Positions 1 through 14,249 of a DNA stretch of 64,000 nucleotides are shown piece by piece. The stretch covers positions 95,976,001-96,040,000 of the forward strand of contig OZ024740.1 of NCBI GenBank assembly GCA_964016885.1, written 5' to 3'. This DNA is from Eledone cirrhosa. Taxonomy: Eukaryota. Position 1 is the first letter of the stretch. Each line of letters begins with the position of its first letter. The position numbers and the translations under genes are program-made. The notes under the pieces were generated by a model. The model had not been told where the DNA came from. It ran no database searches and was given only the letters and a program-made list of their open reading frames with translations.

Positions 1-2286
1 GTGGCAGGGTCCTCTGTCGCGGCAGTTTGCAATTTCTGTCGCGGTTCCGTCTATTTCCCACGGTAAGGCTATCATTGTTGCTGCCTACGTTCTAACCTAC
101 GCTACCGCAGCTGTCGTTAGCACCATTACAACCTACAGCACGCGGGGTGGTGCGATTGTTATTCCGCACGTCATGTCCTGCATGTTCCCCAGTCATTTCG
201 CGGTTATGCTGGTTGCGTCTGCGGATGCCGTTGCCAACACTATTGGATGCTGCCAGGGAGATGTTAAGGCCGATATAGTTATTATCAGGTGTAGGTGCGT
301 CTGTGTCGAGGTGCTGTATTTTGGTGATCTTACTGTCGTTCATTGTTCCTATGATGTCTGCTAGGTTAGGAGTAGTAGAGAAGGATATTTTTATATTGTT
401 CCTATTAAGAATTTTTCTATACCTATGGTTGGGCGGGAAGTTCTTCTCTAAGGCTTCGAAGAACATCCGGGGTATGTTGGAGGCCACACTCCGAGAGTAG
501 CGGGGTTGGAACCATAGGACGTTACGGTGGCGATTACGTGTCCTTGTACTTTTGCTAAGGGTGGTTCCATCTAGGTGACGGCTCTTATGCGTGTTAATGC
601 GCAGTCGCCCATTCGGTGTCCCTTGCACTTTATGATCGGGTGCACTCTTCCTACCTCTTACATGTTTATGTACACGAAGATGTTGGTTGGAAGGCGTCGG
701 TAGTAGGCCGTCGCCTTTGTTGGTTTTGTAATACGGGAATAGTTCGAGTAATCTACAGTGTTCACCGTCGCCGTGGTCGTGGTCTTTAGTGCGGTTATCT
801 ATACTATTACATCCGACTTCGACGAGGTCGCCGCTTGATCGGTTATAGGTATGGCTTACTATAACGTTCATTTTATGAGGGGGGTGGTTTCTAGAGCTAG
901 CGTTAGGGATGTAGGAAATTCCTCGGTTAAAGCCGGCGCTTATCAAGGCCGTATTGTAGTAATCTTCCGCTTGGTTGAATATATCCTCATTGGCGGATAG
1001 CCTCGAGATTCGATGTGAGATACTATAGGCTATGGAGTTGAGAGTTTGCTTAGGGTGGTTGGAGGCATAATTAATATAAGAGAGGCACTCTCCAGGCTTA
1101 TGGTATAGCTTGTATAAGCCCGTACTCAACTCCAGGGTCACGTCCAGGAAGTTGACAACACTGTGGTTGAGGTCCATAGTTACGGATAGGCCGTATGACT
1201 TGAAGAACCTGTGTATATGTTTGTTAAGTTTCTCTATCCTAGGGGGTTTATGGTTCCTAACGGTAAACAGGGCGTCGTCCCTATATACACCTCCTTGTAG
1301 GGTCGGTATCTCTTCCCTCAGCTTATGTAGGAGGTATATCCCGACCAGGTCATTTGCTTGCGCTGAGTTACTGGACCCCATCGTAACATCGAAGTTATCA
1401 GGACGTTTGGTTCTGGTCCAGTGGGAGCCTTCGATCTGGATAATGGTTCTACGCGCCGCTAGAATTATGTCTATTTCTTTTTTAGTGAGGCTAGTGTTAG
1501 ATCTAGCTAAGATAAGTACCTTATTTAAGAGTATGGGGGAGATAGAGGCGTAGTAACTATCTATATCAAACTGGATGAATTTCAGGGTGGCTTTATCCGG
1601 CAACTCGGTGTTGCCCCAGAGGCAGACCTTAGCCTTTCTATTAAGCTCCAGTATTACTCTGTCGAGGATCACTTTACTAATCTTACCTATATATGATGCA
1701 GAGGGGCATATTAGTCTAATAGAGGGGCTTTCATTAAAGTCATATTTGTGATCCTTAAGAGAGAATTTAGGCGTCAGAGGGACATACGGTTTAGTGTACT
1801 TTTCTATTTCTAAGCTGGTGACTATATCCTTCCCTACTCTATTTATGTCATTTAGGGTACCAGAGGGTGTTTTTTTTGTAGTGTTTGTGTAGTTCCTTAT
1901 AGATGAATTTGTTATACTTACTCGCGTCCATCTTGTACATCTTTTTTGTTTTGTCGGAGGTAACGAAGAGGTGCGGGTCATTCTTGATCTTAGTTATTAG
2001 TGTATCAAGGGACGTTAAGAATGGATTGCTGAATTGGTGTTTCTTTCTGAACTTAACCTTTTTGATCATTTTCAGCAGGTCCTCTTCAAAGGAGTCCAGT
2101 AAGGTGTTGTGTCGGTGGGTTTCGGTATGTTTTGAAGCCATACCTCTCTTTGCGTTCAGAAAGGTTACGGATGTTCTTATCCAGGTGGGAGGCATTCCAT
2201 CTGACTCTCCTATAAACGAATTAGTAGCGTCTATAAACAGTTTAAGGTAAGTTTTTCTGTTGGGTAAGGGGATACACTTGAGAGAC
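1..2286 (-). mobile_element. Penelope-like element, Naiad-type, RT coding region (frameshifted; runs off the window end)
   Basis: ORFs 1848-2312 and 92-1981 give SLKCIPLP N-terminus, SLKDHK..F..PSIRLI, FIQFDIDSYY.SI, FDVTMGS, GVYRDDAL, VNFLDVTLEL, YHKP..YIN..SNHP and WFQPRYS..IKISFSTTPN. These motifs match YRDD-type (Naiad) PLE RT. Confidence 0.9.
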
Positions 2287-2548
<262 letters not shown>

Positions 2549-2746
2549 TTATTCAGGTTTGAGGTTCACCACTGGATAGAGCTGGTCACTTCCGTATGGT
2601 CAATCTTAATGTAATAATATGGAGAGTACCCAAAGTAAACCAGTTCAACCGTCTTTGTTTTTGTAGTTGGTGGTGCTAGTACGGAGTTAAATATTATAAT
2701 GAAATTACAGGAGGCTGGACTAGTGTAAATCCTTGATAGGTTTATT

Positions 2747-2804
2747 ATACTATGATCATTTCAATGGCTGGTTTCCGTATGAATGCGGTGATATCATCAG
2801 GTAT
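2747..2804 (-). ncRNA. Minimal type I hammerhead ribozyme (PLE pLTR)
   Basis: Minus strand reads AUAC-CUGAUGA-stem II-GAAA-UGAUCA-UA^GUAU. Stem I is AUAC/GUAU and stem III is palindromic. Confidence 0.75.
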
Positions 2805-5042
2805 TCGAAATATAATAAGTGAATGTAATAGATAAAATCCATGTGGCTGAAAATTAAAGACCCGAGGACGACCGCCATCCAGCATCTTCCACCTTTGTCG
2901 GTCGCCCTCAAGTGACATGGCTAAAGCTTACAGTGTGCTACTACCAGTCAAATAAAGGAAAACAGAAAGGGAAAGGAACATAATTCAGCGTTAGTATCAT
3001 GCCACAAGAAAAAAGAAAGAAAGAAAGAAAGAAGAGAGAAGAAGGAGGAAGGAAGAAAAGGAAGAAAAAGGGAAGTCAGGGTTAATGTCAGCTATAAGAA
3101 GAAAGAAAGAAAGAAAGAAAGAGGTCAAATATAGGCAATCAAAAAGGGGGAGGAAGATAAATCAGCGCTAATATCATGCCACAAGGAGAAAGACAGAAAG
3201 AAGGCGAAAGAGAAAGAAGAAAAGGAAGAAGAAGAAAAGGCAGGGTTAATGGCTACAAGAAGAAAGATAGAAAGAAAGAGGAAGAGAGGTCGATATTAAT
3301 GTCAGACTACAGTCAGGCCACGAATGGCACGAAAAAAAAAAATTTTTAAAGAGACCCGTATCTTAGCAGAGGTAAATATAGTGGGGGTCAAATAAAGGGA
3401 AACAGAAAGGGAAAGGAACATAAGTCAGCGTTAGTATCATATTCCACAAGAAAAAAGAAAGAAAGAAAGAAGAGAGAAGAAGGAGGAAGGAAGAAAAGGA
3501 AGAAGAAGGGAAGTCAGAGTTAATGTCAGCTATAAGAAGAAAGAGAGAAAGAAAGAGGAGGAAAGGTTGGTATTACACTCAGGCCAAAAATGTCGCGAAA
3601 AAAAATTATTTTAAGGGACCCGTATCTTAACAACTACTACCGGTCAAATATAGGCAAACCAAAAGGGGGAGGAAGATAAGTCAGTGGTAATATCATGCCC
3701 CAAGGAGAAAGACAGAAAGAAGGGGGAAGAGAAAGAAGAAAAGGAAGAAGAAGAAAAGTAAGGGTTAATGGTTACAAGAAGAAAGATAGAAAGAAAAAGG
3801 AAGATAGGTCGATATTAATGTCAGACTACAGTCAGGCCGGGAATGGCGCGAAAAGAATATATTTTTAAAGGGACCCGTATCTTAGCAGAGGTAAATATAG
3901 TGGGGGTCGGAATGTTATAATGTGTGAGCAGAAGATTGGAACGTTACATTTGTGTTTAGATTTATAGGATGAAGTTAAAAAAATTAATATTTAATGTTAA
4001 CATTATAAAGTTAAAGAAATTAGAAAATTGAAAGTTAACCAGTTTGACATTTTAAAGGTTGCGAGGTCTAAGCAAAGAAATAGTCTTTTATGAAGAAACT
4101 TAAATGTTATTATAGACTAAAGATTGTCTTTGTTTAGCCGTCAAACAGCATGCGCCGACTACAAGCTTGGGCAGCCCACCCACTCCGAGTGATATCGCCT
4201 AGCGAAAGATATGGAAATCGATTTTTCCGAGCACTCTAGGAATGTATAACAGACTTCAGGTGCGTCAGCAGGAAGTCAGCACGCATCGTTAGGCCATCCT
4301 TGTACAAAACCAGTACTATTCCTTTACCCATGAGGGGGATTTGCTTAAGTAGAGGGAGGCGTCATACATCCAATAGTTATGATTAGATCTGTAATTTAAA
4401 GGTACTATATGGCAGTCAAAAAACCGGCTGCGAGCCGGGCACCTGGGGCGAATCAGGCCACTCCGAGTAGATTCATTTACGCAAAGAAGGGAAAATTTAT
4501 TTTTCCAAGAACTCAAGGTAGGCATATGCGCCAGGGGCTCGCTCCCGCCATCAAGAAAACCAACCTAACAGTCCGACAGAAAGTTGGAACGTTAAAATAT
4601 TGATTAGATTTATAGGATGAAGTTGAAAGAATTCAGAATAACATTATAAAATTAAAGAGTAAGAAGATTGAGAATTGAACAATTAGAAAATTGAAAATTA
4701 AACATTAAACATTTAAAACACTTTTTTGAGGTTTTGGGTTGCGGGTTTTAGTTAAAGAGAGTCTTTTATGAGGAAACGTTAATAAGTTATCCTAGTGGGA
4801 TGTAGAGTAAGTGATATAGTCGGGTAATATTTATTTTTGTTCAGAGGGGGAAACATTCTAGTGTCGTGTGCTAATGGGTATAAGTGAGTAAAAGTCCCAA
4901 TAAGAGGAGTAGAAATACATGGACACTTGACCGGTAGTAGCACACTGTAAGCTTTAGCCATGTCACTTTAGGGCGACCGGCACGGGTGGAAGATGCTGGA
5001 TGGCGGTCGTCCTCGGGTCTTTGATTTTCAGCCATATTTCGA

Positions 5043-5100
5043 ATACCTGAAGATATCACCGGATTCATACGGAAACCGGTCATTGAAATGATCATAGTAT
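5043..5100 (+). ncRNA. Minimal type I hammerhead ribozyme
   Basis: atac-ctgaaga-(accgg...ccggt)-gaaa-tgatca-ta^gtat; predicted cleavage after 5096. Confidence 0.75.
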
Positions 5101-5146
5101 AATGAACCTTTCAAGGATTTACACAAGTCCACCCTCCTGTCATTTC

Positions 5147-5262
<116 letters not shown>

Positions 5263-5296
5263 TAGATATATATGTCAACATTTATAAAACAAATGT

Positions 5297-5359
5297 ATAT
5301 TATCTGATGAAAGAGTGCCAAAACTGCCTTGGTTGCCCTGAAATATATATAATAAAATA
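5297..5359 (+). ncRNA. Minimal type I hammerhead ribozyme in a short pLTR fragment (5272-5492) between microsatellites
   Basis: ttat-ctgatga-...-gaaa-tatata-ta^ataaaata; predicted cleavage after 5351. Confidence 0.7.
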
Positions 5360-5489
5360 ATTATGGTTTTATAAATATAGTTTCCATTTAGTAATATATG
5401 GATTATTTACTCGAGTAATCTGTTGAGTGTTTTATATCAGTTATAAAACGTTTAAGCTTGTTGAATGTCAACAAATTAAATATAACTCC

Positions 5490-5544
<55 letters not shown>

Positions 5545-5547
<3 letters not shown>

Positions 5548-7435
5548 GAAGTTATATTTAATTGTTACTGGAGTAAATATTTAATATATTAATAAATGGA
5601 AACTATATTTATAAAACTATAATTATTTAATTATATATATTTCAAGGTAGTTTTGGCGCGCTTTCATCAGATAAAATACAAAATGTGTTTCATAAATGTT
5701 GACATACCCGTAGAAAAACAATCTTGACGGTTGAAGGTTTGCTGGATAGTCGAAAAGAATGTTATTGAGGGTAATTCAAAGTTCTGTTTGAGTATGCAAA
5801 TGAATGTCCGAAAAATTGAAAAACACCGGTTATTTAAATTATACGTTTGGAAGAAGAGAGATAAAAAAAGAGAGAAAAAGAGAAAGAAGAGAGAGAAAAG
5901 AAAGAGAGAAAAAATGATTATATGCAGAGTTATAGTGTAATTTGCGATATAGTTATTTTGCGTAATAATTTATTTAGTTCTTGTAAACATCATTTAAATT
6001 CAACTTTTAGATATATATATAAAATGTAATTACACGTTTTATCTTCCTTACATAATGTTTACTCTATCCAAACACCGATACTCTCATCTCTTAAATTATA
6101 TCCATATATGTTCAGAAATTTAATGTAATTCTAATTTTAATATCTTTTATCCATAAATATATATAATTTACTTCTCAAACGTCTAATTTACTTCTTAAAA
6201 CCTTGACTTTTTAAATATTTTTAATTCATAAATATCTTTATTTTTGCCTTCATTTATCTTACTTACAAAATAACTCATAATCTTTTTAGAATGATTATTT
6301 AAAACTTAAAAAATGTTTTTTAATTTTTTGGAAAATTATTTAAAAAATATTCTTTTTGGGTCAACTAATATTTTTATATTTTTTGAATTTTATATTTTCC
6401 AATATTTTAAATATTTTTAAATATTCTTAATATTTGAATTTAAGTATTTTCAAATATTTCTTAATACATCTTTATATTTTTGAATAATTTTAGGTTTGTA
6501 ATTATAATTTATTAATAATATTTAAATGTTTTTAAATATTTTAAAAGATGTTTGTGTATCTTCGGATTCTTTTTGAGATTAAAAAAAATCTCTTAAAACT
6601 GTTTATAGTTTTTTTATAGTCTTAATTTTTATAGTTTGATAGTCTTAATTTTTATAGTCTGAAATTTTAAATGGTTTTAGTATATACTTTTAATTAATTA
6701 TCTAATATTTTGTAAACTTTCGTAATTTTTTCGTAATCTTTGTAATTTTTTTAACTATTTGACTGACAACCAGTAACAAACTCTCGCTAAATATATCTTT
6801 TAAACATATTTTTGTCAAACTTATCTCATAATAACTAGTAAATAAACAAAACTATATTTTCAATATTTTTTCAATATAAAACATTATACATTTAAATAAT
6901 GTATCATCTATAACATGGCATACACATCTATACTCATATATTCTTATTAATATATTTTAATATATCTTTATTTTTAACATATTTTTTAACATATCTTTAT
7001 TTTTAATATAAATATAGCATAAAAAACATGATGTATTTACGATATACGTACTCATCCTCGGTCAAGCTTATTTCTTCGCTCTTTCTTCCTTCCCTTTTTT
7101 TCACTATAACTCATCATATAATAATTTTTTCTCTCTTTCTTTTTTCTGTCTTCATTCTCTTTTTCTCTCATTTTTTCTCTCTCTTCTTCCAACAGTATAA
7201 TTTAAATAAATGTTTTCTTTTCAATTTTTTCGGACATTCGTTTGCATACTAACACATAACTTTGAATTACCCTCAATACAAAAATTGTCCACTATCTACC
7301 GAACCTTCAACCGTCAAGATTGTTTTTCTACGGGTATGTCAACATTTATAAAACACATTTTGTATTTTATCTGATGAAAGCGCACCAAAACTGCCTTGGT
7401 TGCCCTTGAAAATATATAGTTTCCATTTATTAATA
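5545..7435. mobile_element. Non-coding PLE-derived element with about 350-400 bp inverted termini carrying HHR motifs (5624-5678 minus; 7363-7418 plus, damaged), flanked by (TA)n
   Basis: 5585-5938 is the reverse complement of about 7101-7435. The interior is very AT-rich with no credible ORF. Confidence 0.75.
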
Positions 7436-7449
7436 TATATATATATATA

Positions 7450-8250
7450 ATATGTATCATAATCTATAAAGCTCAGTGTGTGGACATGCTCCTTTGTTAT
7501 AGAAATCTACGATATAGAATTTCTTCAATCGAAATTTACAATTCAGTATTCGAAATAGCTTCGATTGCGTCTTGGCACATCTAATTTTTTCAATTTCACC
7601 CACAATTACGCAAAAAATAGATAAAACTCAATATTTTACGATTTTTCTCTTTCATTTAAACTGCTAAACCCTTTCTACTACCATTCAAAATCTATAGAAC
7701 TTCATAATTTCTGCTACTTTCTCTTTCCAAGCTTGATGGTGATACTGTCCGTTTTACTCTCTCATATCATCTGTTTGCCTCTATCTACAACCCACACATT
7801 TTGCTACTTTCTCTTTTATACTTCAAACTTACTGATTTATTTACAAACGTATACAAACACACACTCACTTCAAATGATAAAAAAACATTTATAGCAATTA
7901 AACAACGTGCGTGATTTATAACCACACTAACTTTTAGTTGCTCAATTATTACATTTCATACGAAACGACAATTATTCAAAAGCAACAGATACATTTATTC
8001 AACAACAAGCGATAAATCTTTTTTAAAACCTATCAACGAACGTGGATTCTTACAGACTTTGAGTCGAATCGGTTTGAAGTTGTGCAAATGTATAAACATG
8101 GAACATGTGCACACACACAACAACAACAATCTGCCTAATGATAAACAATAATATCCTCTATGGCCAACCTTGTGAATTCTTTTATGTTGTGCAAAGGGAT
8201 GTCCTTTAAGTTCACCGACTATTTCTCCATCATATTCCTTGCTTAACAGC
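7450..8250. mobile_element. Possible non-autonomous Helitron-like repeat
   Basis: The start (atctataaagctcagtgtgtg...) resembles invertebrate Helitron-derived 5' ends. Resemblance only. Confidence 0.25.
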
Positions 8251-8344
8251 ATTAAGTGTTCAACATAATTAGGAGCTTTAACTTGTTATAACTTTGAGTT
8301 GTTATAACTTTGAGTTTTTATAACTGTAAGTTGTTAACTTTGCT

Positions 8345-11300
8345 GGCTTACACACCGACCTTACATCCGAAGAAATTAACATTATACTCCTAGCTAGGAA
8401 AACCATAATTGAATTCAACGGTGACTTGTGGACCAGGAGGATTGGCCAGACAATTTCGACATCACCATGGGATCCACGGACTCGGCCCAGGTGACGGATC
8501 GAGTGGGCCTTTAGTTCTTTGACTGTCTCGGAGTGGAAATGCCGCACTTAGGAGGCGGCGCTTACCGTGACGACGTTTTGTTTACAGTGTCGTTCCATAA
8601 TAATTGTATGGTAGAGGGGGTGAGGAACAAACTAAGCAAATTCTTCAAGAACATAGACCTAAGTATAGTATTTGAAGATAACTTAAAGATAGTTAATTTT
8701 CTAGATGTTACACTTAACCTTAATTCAGGATTCTTCCAACGCTACCACAAACCCAACGAAAATTTAAACTATGTCAACGCAAAATCGAACCACCCTAGAA
8801 TAGTCACTAACGGTATTACCAAAAGCGTCACTAGTAAAATTTCAGGACTATCTTCCAATGAAGATACCTTTAATAAGATCTCGAATTACTATAATAGCGC
8901 CCTGAACCGCGCGAGGCATACCGAAGGAATCTCAATCAAACGTCTATTAAATAGTAGTAGCAACATTGCCTGCGATAGCTTAGGCCTAAACAGTGACACT
9001 TTAGTTAACAGCATGCGTGATACGAGGGAGGATTTATATAGACTTCATGTTGTATTGCCGCCTAGTCCCAATGTTGATGGTACCAATGGAAACAACCACC
9101 CAGGTACTAACACGGGGTCTGAGCAGCGTAACGCCAGCGGAAACTCTAATAGTAACCTTAATTGTAGAACTGATAAAACTACCGTTGAACGTAATATGGA
9201 ACGAGGGTCGAGTAAGGGGAATAGGGATAGTGCAGCAGACGCATAATGGATATAACCTCGGCTATCGAGGGAGATCCGAATAGCTGCACCGCCCTGGATA
9301 CTTGGGACGTTTCCGAACAGAATCGTGACACCCCCAGGACACCATCGACCCATAGGCAATTTCCAGTTACAATAGACCAGTAACTACGAGGGAGACAGGT
9401 AATTCTAATATAGTTAGTAAGAACAATTCTGTGGTAAAACCCCCCTTACTCCACTGGCCTGACCACTATTATAGCTAAACTGTTCTTTAGGGCCTTAGAC
9501 AAATGCGTCCCTAGATCACACAGATATTATAAAATATTCAATAGGAATACCATCAAGCTATCCTACTCCACAACTAGTAACATAGCTCAGAATATAGCTA
9601 AGATGAATTATAGTAGACTTAGGACAGCCCAAGTTGGAAATAAACATGGCAGGAACAATGGCAGCTCTATGGAGGAACTGACTCATACACGTGAGGCGAG
9701 TCGGGTCTCCCCAACCCTAGGGAACTTACCCATAGAGCAGACAGGAACCGAGACCCGACCCCAAAGGTACCATGGTCCATCTGGAACAACCCAGGTCGAT
9801 AGCAAAAAATGTAACTGCAGGAGCACCGCCAACTTCCCCATGGCTGGGAAATGCCTTACCAAAAACATAGACTACGACCGTAAGGTATCCACTCATGATA
9901 GAACCTTCAGGTATGTTGGGGCAAGTGCCACGAAATTTTATGGATAGATGGTATAATCACCGCCATACCTTTAATAGATTAGATTTAAAAAATAGCACGG
10001 CGCTTTCTGAATTATTCCGGAAGCTTAAACATCAGAATATAGAACACTCCTTATCCTGGTCCATAATTTGCTCAGTCAAACCGTATAACAACAGCATTGA
10101 CGCCTGCAATTTATGTATAGCTGAAACCTTTAATATTATTAGAGACGGCCCCCTATTAATTAATAGTAGAGCAGATTTATTTCAGCAACTGCCAACATAG
10201 AACCTCGAAATCCTTCCGCAGGAGTTTTGGAAGGTAATCTACAACTAACTCATCCCTCTCTACTTTAGCCATAGAGTTCTCTCAATAAACAGACAGTGAC
10301 ACACTCAGGTAGTTAGACGGCTAAGATTGTTTGCGCAATTACAAACGATACTCGGCCTGTTTCCACGGAGTTCTCAGAGCTGAGTGGACTTTTTTTAGCT
10401 AGTAAATAGTTACATTGATTACACACTCAGAAACCTAGTTAGTAATTGATTACACACTATGGCAAGACCGATTACGCGCACCTACCTTTACTTTAAGCTA
10501 TCCTAACCATTGAATTCTCTCGGTTGGGATATAGCTCGTCGTATTACGCACTCATTTAGGACCGATTACGCTCTCTACACATAACTCTACACACAGTACC
10601 CGTTTTCTTTAGACACTGAGCTCCCACAATTACAACTGGTCACGTTCCTACCGACTGAACACTACACAAGGCTTTAATCCGTGATCATCTAACCATGGTG
10701 TGCTCACAGTTACGGATTGAACAATAATACTTACACACCATTAATCGGCCTACACACATCCTCTGGGTTTTACTATCCTTTGTTATTATACTTTACCTCC
10801 TGTGTTGGATAACATACCTACACCACTCAAACACCTATCTTAAAAGCCCAATCTCCCATATGACGGGAAATCGCACTTACAGACGCATTAACCCAATACC
10901 CTACCCTAAACGGAGCCCCTTGCTGGCCTACAATGCTGTTGCTTGAACGCACGGTTTTGGGGACTCGGATTCTCAATGGGACGGTGGTACATACTGAGTT
11001 CGATATGAGCTGATTGCTTGCTCTCACATGGATGTGTATATACCCAAACATACACTTTTTGTGGACGACACGGATGTGTATATACCATAACATACGCTAT
11101 TTCGAGATACGGATGATACAATTCAATCTATACACGTACAGCAAAACACTGAACTGAACTTACTTGCTTGTGTGTGTGTATGGGGCTGTGGTTAAACCAA
11201 TATTTCCAATTTACATCGTCAAATTTAGATTTGACCAATCTAGCATCTGTTGTTTTGTGAACTAACTTTCGGTGAATGCTGTGTTTGTATATTCTCATAT

Positions 11301-11815
11301 TTATTGTTTTTATCTCTGATATCGCTTCGGTGTGTGTGAGAGTGTGTGTGTACCAACCCACACTTCTATAGTTCTACAGGTTTGATACTGTGTTGATTTG
11401 TGTATGTATATATGTATATTTTTTTTTTTACCTCGAACCGGTGTATGTGGGTGTGGAGTGTGTATGTATCCACTCACATTAACTGTGACCGACTATATCT
11501 CTACAGATTTGATTGATGTCGAGCGCCTTTTGCAGCGATAGAAACCAGACAATTCATTTTCACCTGATGAGATCAGGGATAATCGATCATGACTTCACGA
11601 TCGATCTATCTCTTATTGAAACATGTGTCGTGATTAAATGAATGGAATTTTACCTTGCCTTCGCATTTTCATTTTGATATTTATACTCCGTTTTACATCA
11701 TCTAGCTGTTCCCTTGAATGGAATTGGAGATATAAAAAATCGTGTAGAACTTAATATTGCTAACATTGCACCGTTTTAAACAACCAATAATACACCTTAC
11801 TATATAACAACTAAA
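8345..11815 (+). mobile_element. 5'-truncated Naiad-type PLE (RT-linker-GIY-YIG to about 10220, then 3'UTR/pLTR ending at (TA)n)
   Basis: DNFDITMGS, GGAYRDD, VNFLDVTLNL, YHKPNE.L.YVN..SNHP, CNCR.....P..GKC, RYVG, RWYNHRHTF, CNLC.AE; several frameshifts and stops. Confidence 0.9.
11560..11633 (+). ncRNA. Type I hammerhead ribozyme with long stem II
   Basis: tcac-ctgatga-(...atcgatc..gatcgat...)-gaaa-catgtg-tc^gtga; predicted cleavage after 11629; attaaa follows. Confidence 0.8.
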
Positions 11816-11874
<59 letters not shown>

Positions 11875-11879
11875 GATAT

Positions 11880-12680
11880 ATCTTTATATATTTAAAAGCG
11901 AGGATGTGTTTGTGTCTGTGTACAATTTTAGATACCTAAGGCTTTTACAATTACAAACCTAATTTGACCAAATTTGATGTGCACGATGCACATGTCGCTA
12001 AGATGGTCACATCACTAAAATGTTTCCAATCGACCCACGTTGAGCAATAAAAGATCGATATTAAAATTATCGGTAGCAAAATTGATGTAAGGGAGATAAC
12101 CAACTTTATTGACAATCCTTATAAAGAGAGTGAGATATGGAGACCTTCGTTTTCAATTTTAAAACAACAATCATCGACTGACGAAATTTCAGAAATATAA
12201 ACATCAGATTCATTTGAAGATAAATCACTAATATTATCGTTTGTTTCTTGTTTATTCTTTGTTACATTCTCAAAGTTAAAAGACCCTTGTTGTTTTAACT
12301 TGTTTCACTATATTAAGTGTTAATTTTCGCGGTAAGCGCCTCATCACGCAGCTGTTTCGAATTGACCAGATGTTGATGATGGTTTGTTTATGATTAAATC
12401 AATCCTTATAGGACTTTCCATTCAAACCATTGGTACCTACAGCTTTTACATATTTAAAGTAATTTCATCCACATTGAGGCAGGCATTATCTATGCTTTCC
12501 AGATGTATTCGTACACATCGAACTTTTTGACAATGTAGGAACATACTGAACAGGATTCTTCCTGAATGTCCACGGATATATAAATCTGTTGATACTGTAT
12601 GTGATCCACAGGATGCGGTCAACTATCAAATTGAATGAACCTTGCTTTTCGCACGGAAAATTCTACGTTAAATGTTTAGT
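11880..12680 (+). mobile_element. Helitron remnant (PIF1-like helicase fragment)
   Basis: 12540-12635 translates NILNRILPECPRIYKSVDTVCDPQDAVNYQIE, matching the Helitron helicase Y.S.DTV...AVNYP.EFLN motif. The 5' end (tttaaaagcgaggatgtg) is Helitron-like. Confidence 0.55.
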
Positions 12681-13283
12681 TGTTTTGCATGGAGCTTTTA
12701 GGTGAATATAAATTAAGGACATATGTGTGTATATGTATATATATATATACATATATATATATGTATATATATATTTTGGTAAACGGTATAGAAAATGCTG
12801 ACAAATTGTTCACAGTGAAAAATAGTTTAATTAGGAATAAGTGAGAATTAGTAATAGTATTGATTAGTATTCAGTTTTGGTTTTTAGTTTTACCGGTTGC
12901 GCATTTCTAATGCTTTTCAAAAATAATTTTGAGATAGAGCGTCCGTGATGTTTGCTCTGATCTGATTAGTTTTGGGAATTCTACCTGTTTTTATGTTAAA
13001 AAAGTGGCTCCAGCGGTATTAAAATAAAATGTGCCAATTCGTGTTGCAAAAATGATTGTGGTCAAAACAATTTTGATTGGTCGGTAGAGGTCATGTGAAT
13101 GTAAACAATTGATTTTGCGCCAAATGTAGGTTTGTGTCGGCTGACTGAGAAATAAGTCTTTCACAACAAATATGTGTGTGTGTGTATGTGTGTGTAGTAG
13201 TAGGAAAGAGGTTCGTTGTTGTGATAATGGTCAGCAGGATGTGTGTGCGAACCGCAGCCTGTTGACAGTTCAAATGCCTATTA

Positions 13284-13324
<41 letters not shown>

Positions 13325-14249
13325 ATAGTTGAGTGCACATATGTAGATGTATGTATATGTTTACATCTATTTATGCGTATGTATGTTTTTAAGTGAGTAT
13401 CAATATAACTATACCTCTATCTATATGTGGGTATATGCACTTTGTGATCTATAAAATTTATGTTTTTTGACTATATGTCAACATACATTTATCTGAGTTT
13501 GATTATAATACATGGACATATTTGAAAGTATTTTAAGACGTATCATACGCTGTATTATACTATGTACAATGTACCACACCGTACTATATTATGTTACATT
13601 ATATTATATTATTTCATTATCTTATTATAATTTTCATCTTTTAACATATTATCTTTCCTGGTCATGACTTTAATTTACTAAAAACTCCATACAACACAAC
13701 TCAACATTTAATTGTTACATTCCTTTTAAACTTCACTATAATATATACATTTACCTATCAATATGACAATCCCCTTTTTACTCATAGATTTTTTATAGCA
13801 ATTCTATTGTTAACACCATTCAACCATTCCTTTCAAAGTGTCATGACCTCAACAAACGTAAGTTATTTTTCATATTAACATCATATGGGAAAAAACAATC
13901 TGATTGGTTTGTTCTTCAGCTACCTCCAAATAAGGTCATATAACTCAATTTACTACTAATTTTGAATAAAATTATCATTGCTTTTGACAACAGCTGGTGA
14001 TATATATATGTAAGTAAATATTTTCCTTATCTGATATTTTGTAACTAACCTTACATAGATCGATAACGAAGTATGGTTACGATGTATTATCATCAAAACA
14101 CACCCCACCAAAACCTGTGAACAAAACCAAGTGCAGTATCCCCCAAAACAGAAAAAAACAATTATCAGAAAAATAAAAAAAAAAAACCAAAACATTAACA
14201 CACTAAAATACTGCCAACAGCAACACAGACATTCGATGGCTATCGCCCT

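Noticed and set aside
9805-10215. Selenocysteine (in-frame TGA at conserved Cys) and SECIS, as known for some Naiads
   Set aside because: Cys positions in the copies at about 9810, 28660, 61320 and 63325 are TGY or missense (TTC, AGC, AGA), not TGA. No convincing SECIS was seen by eye.
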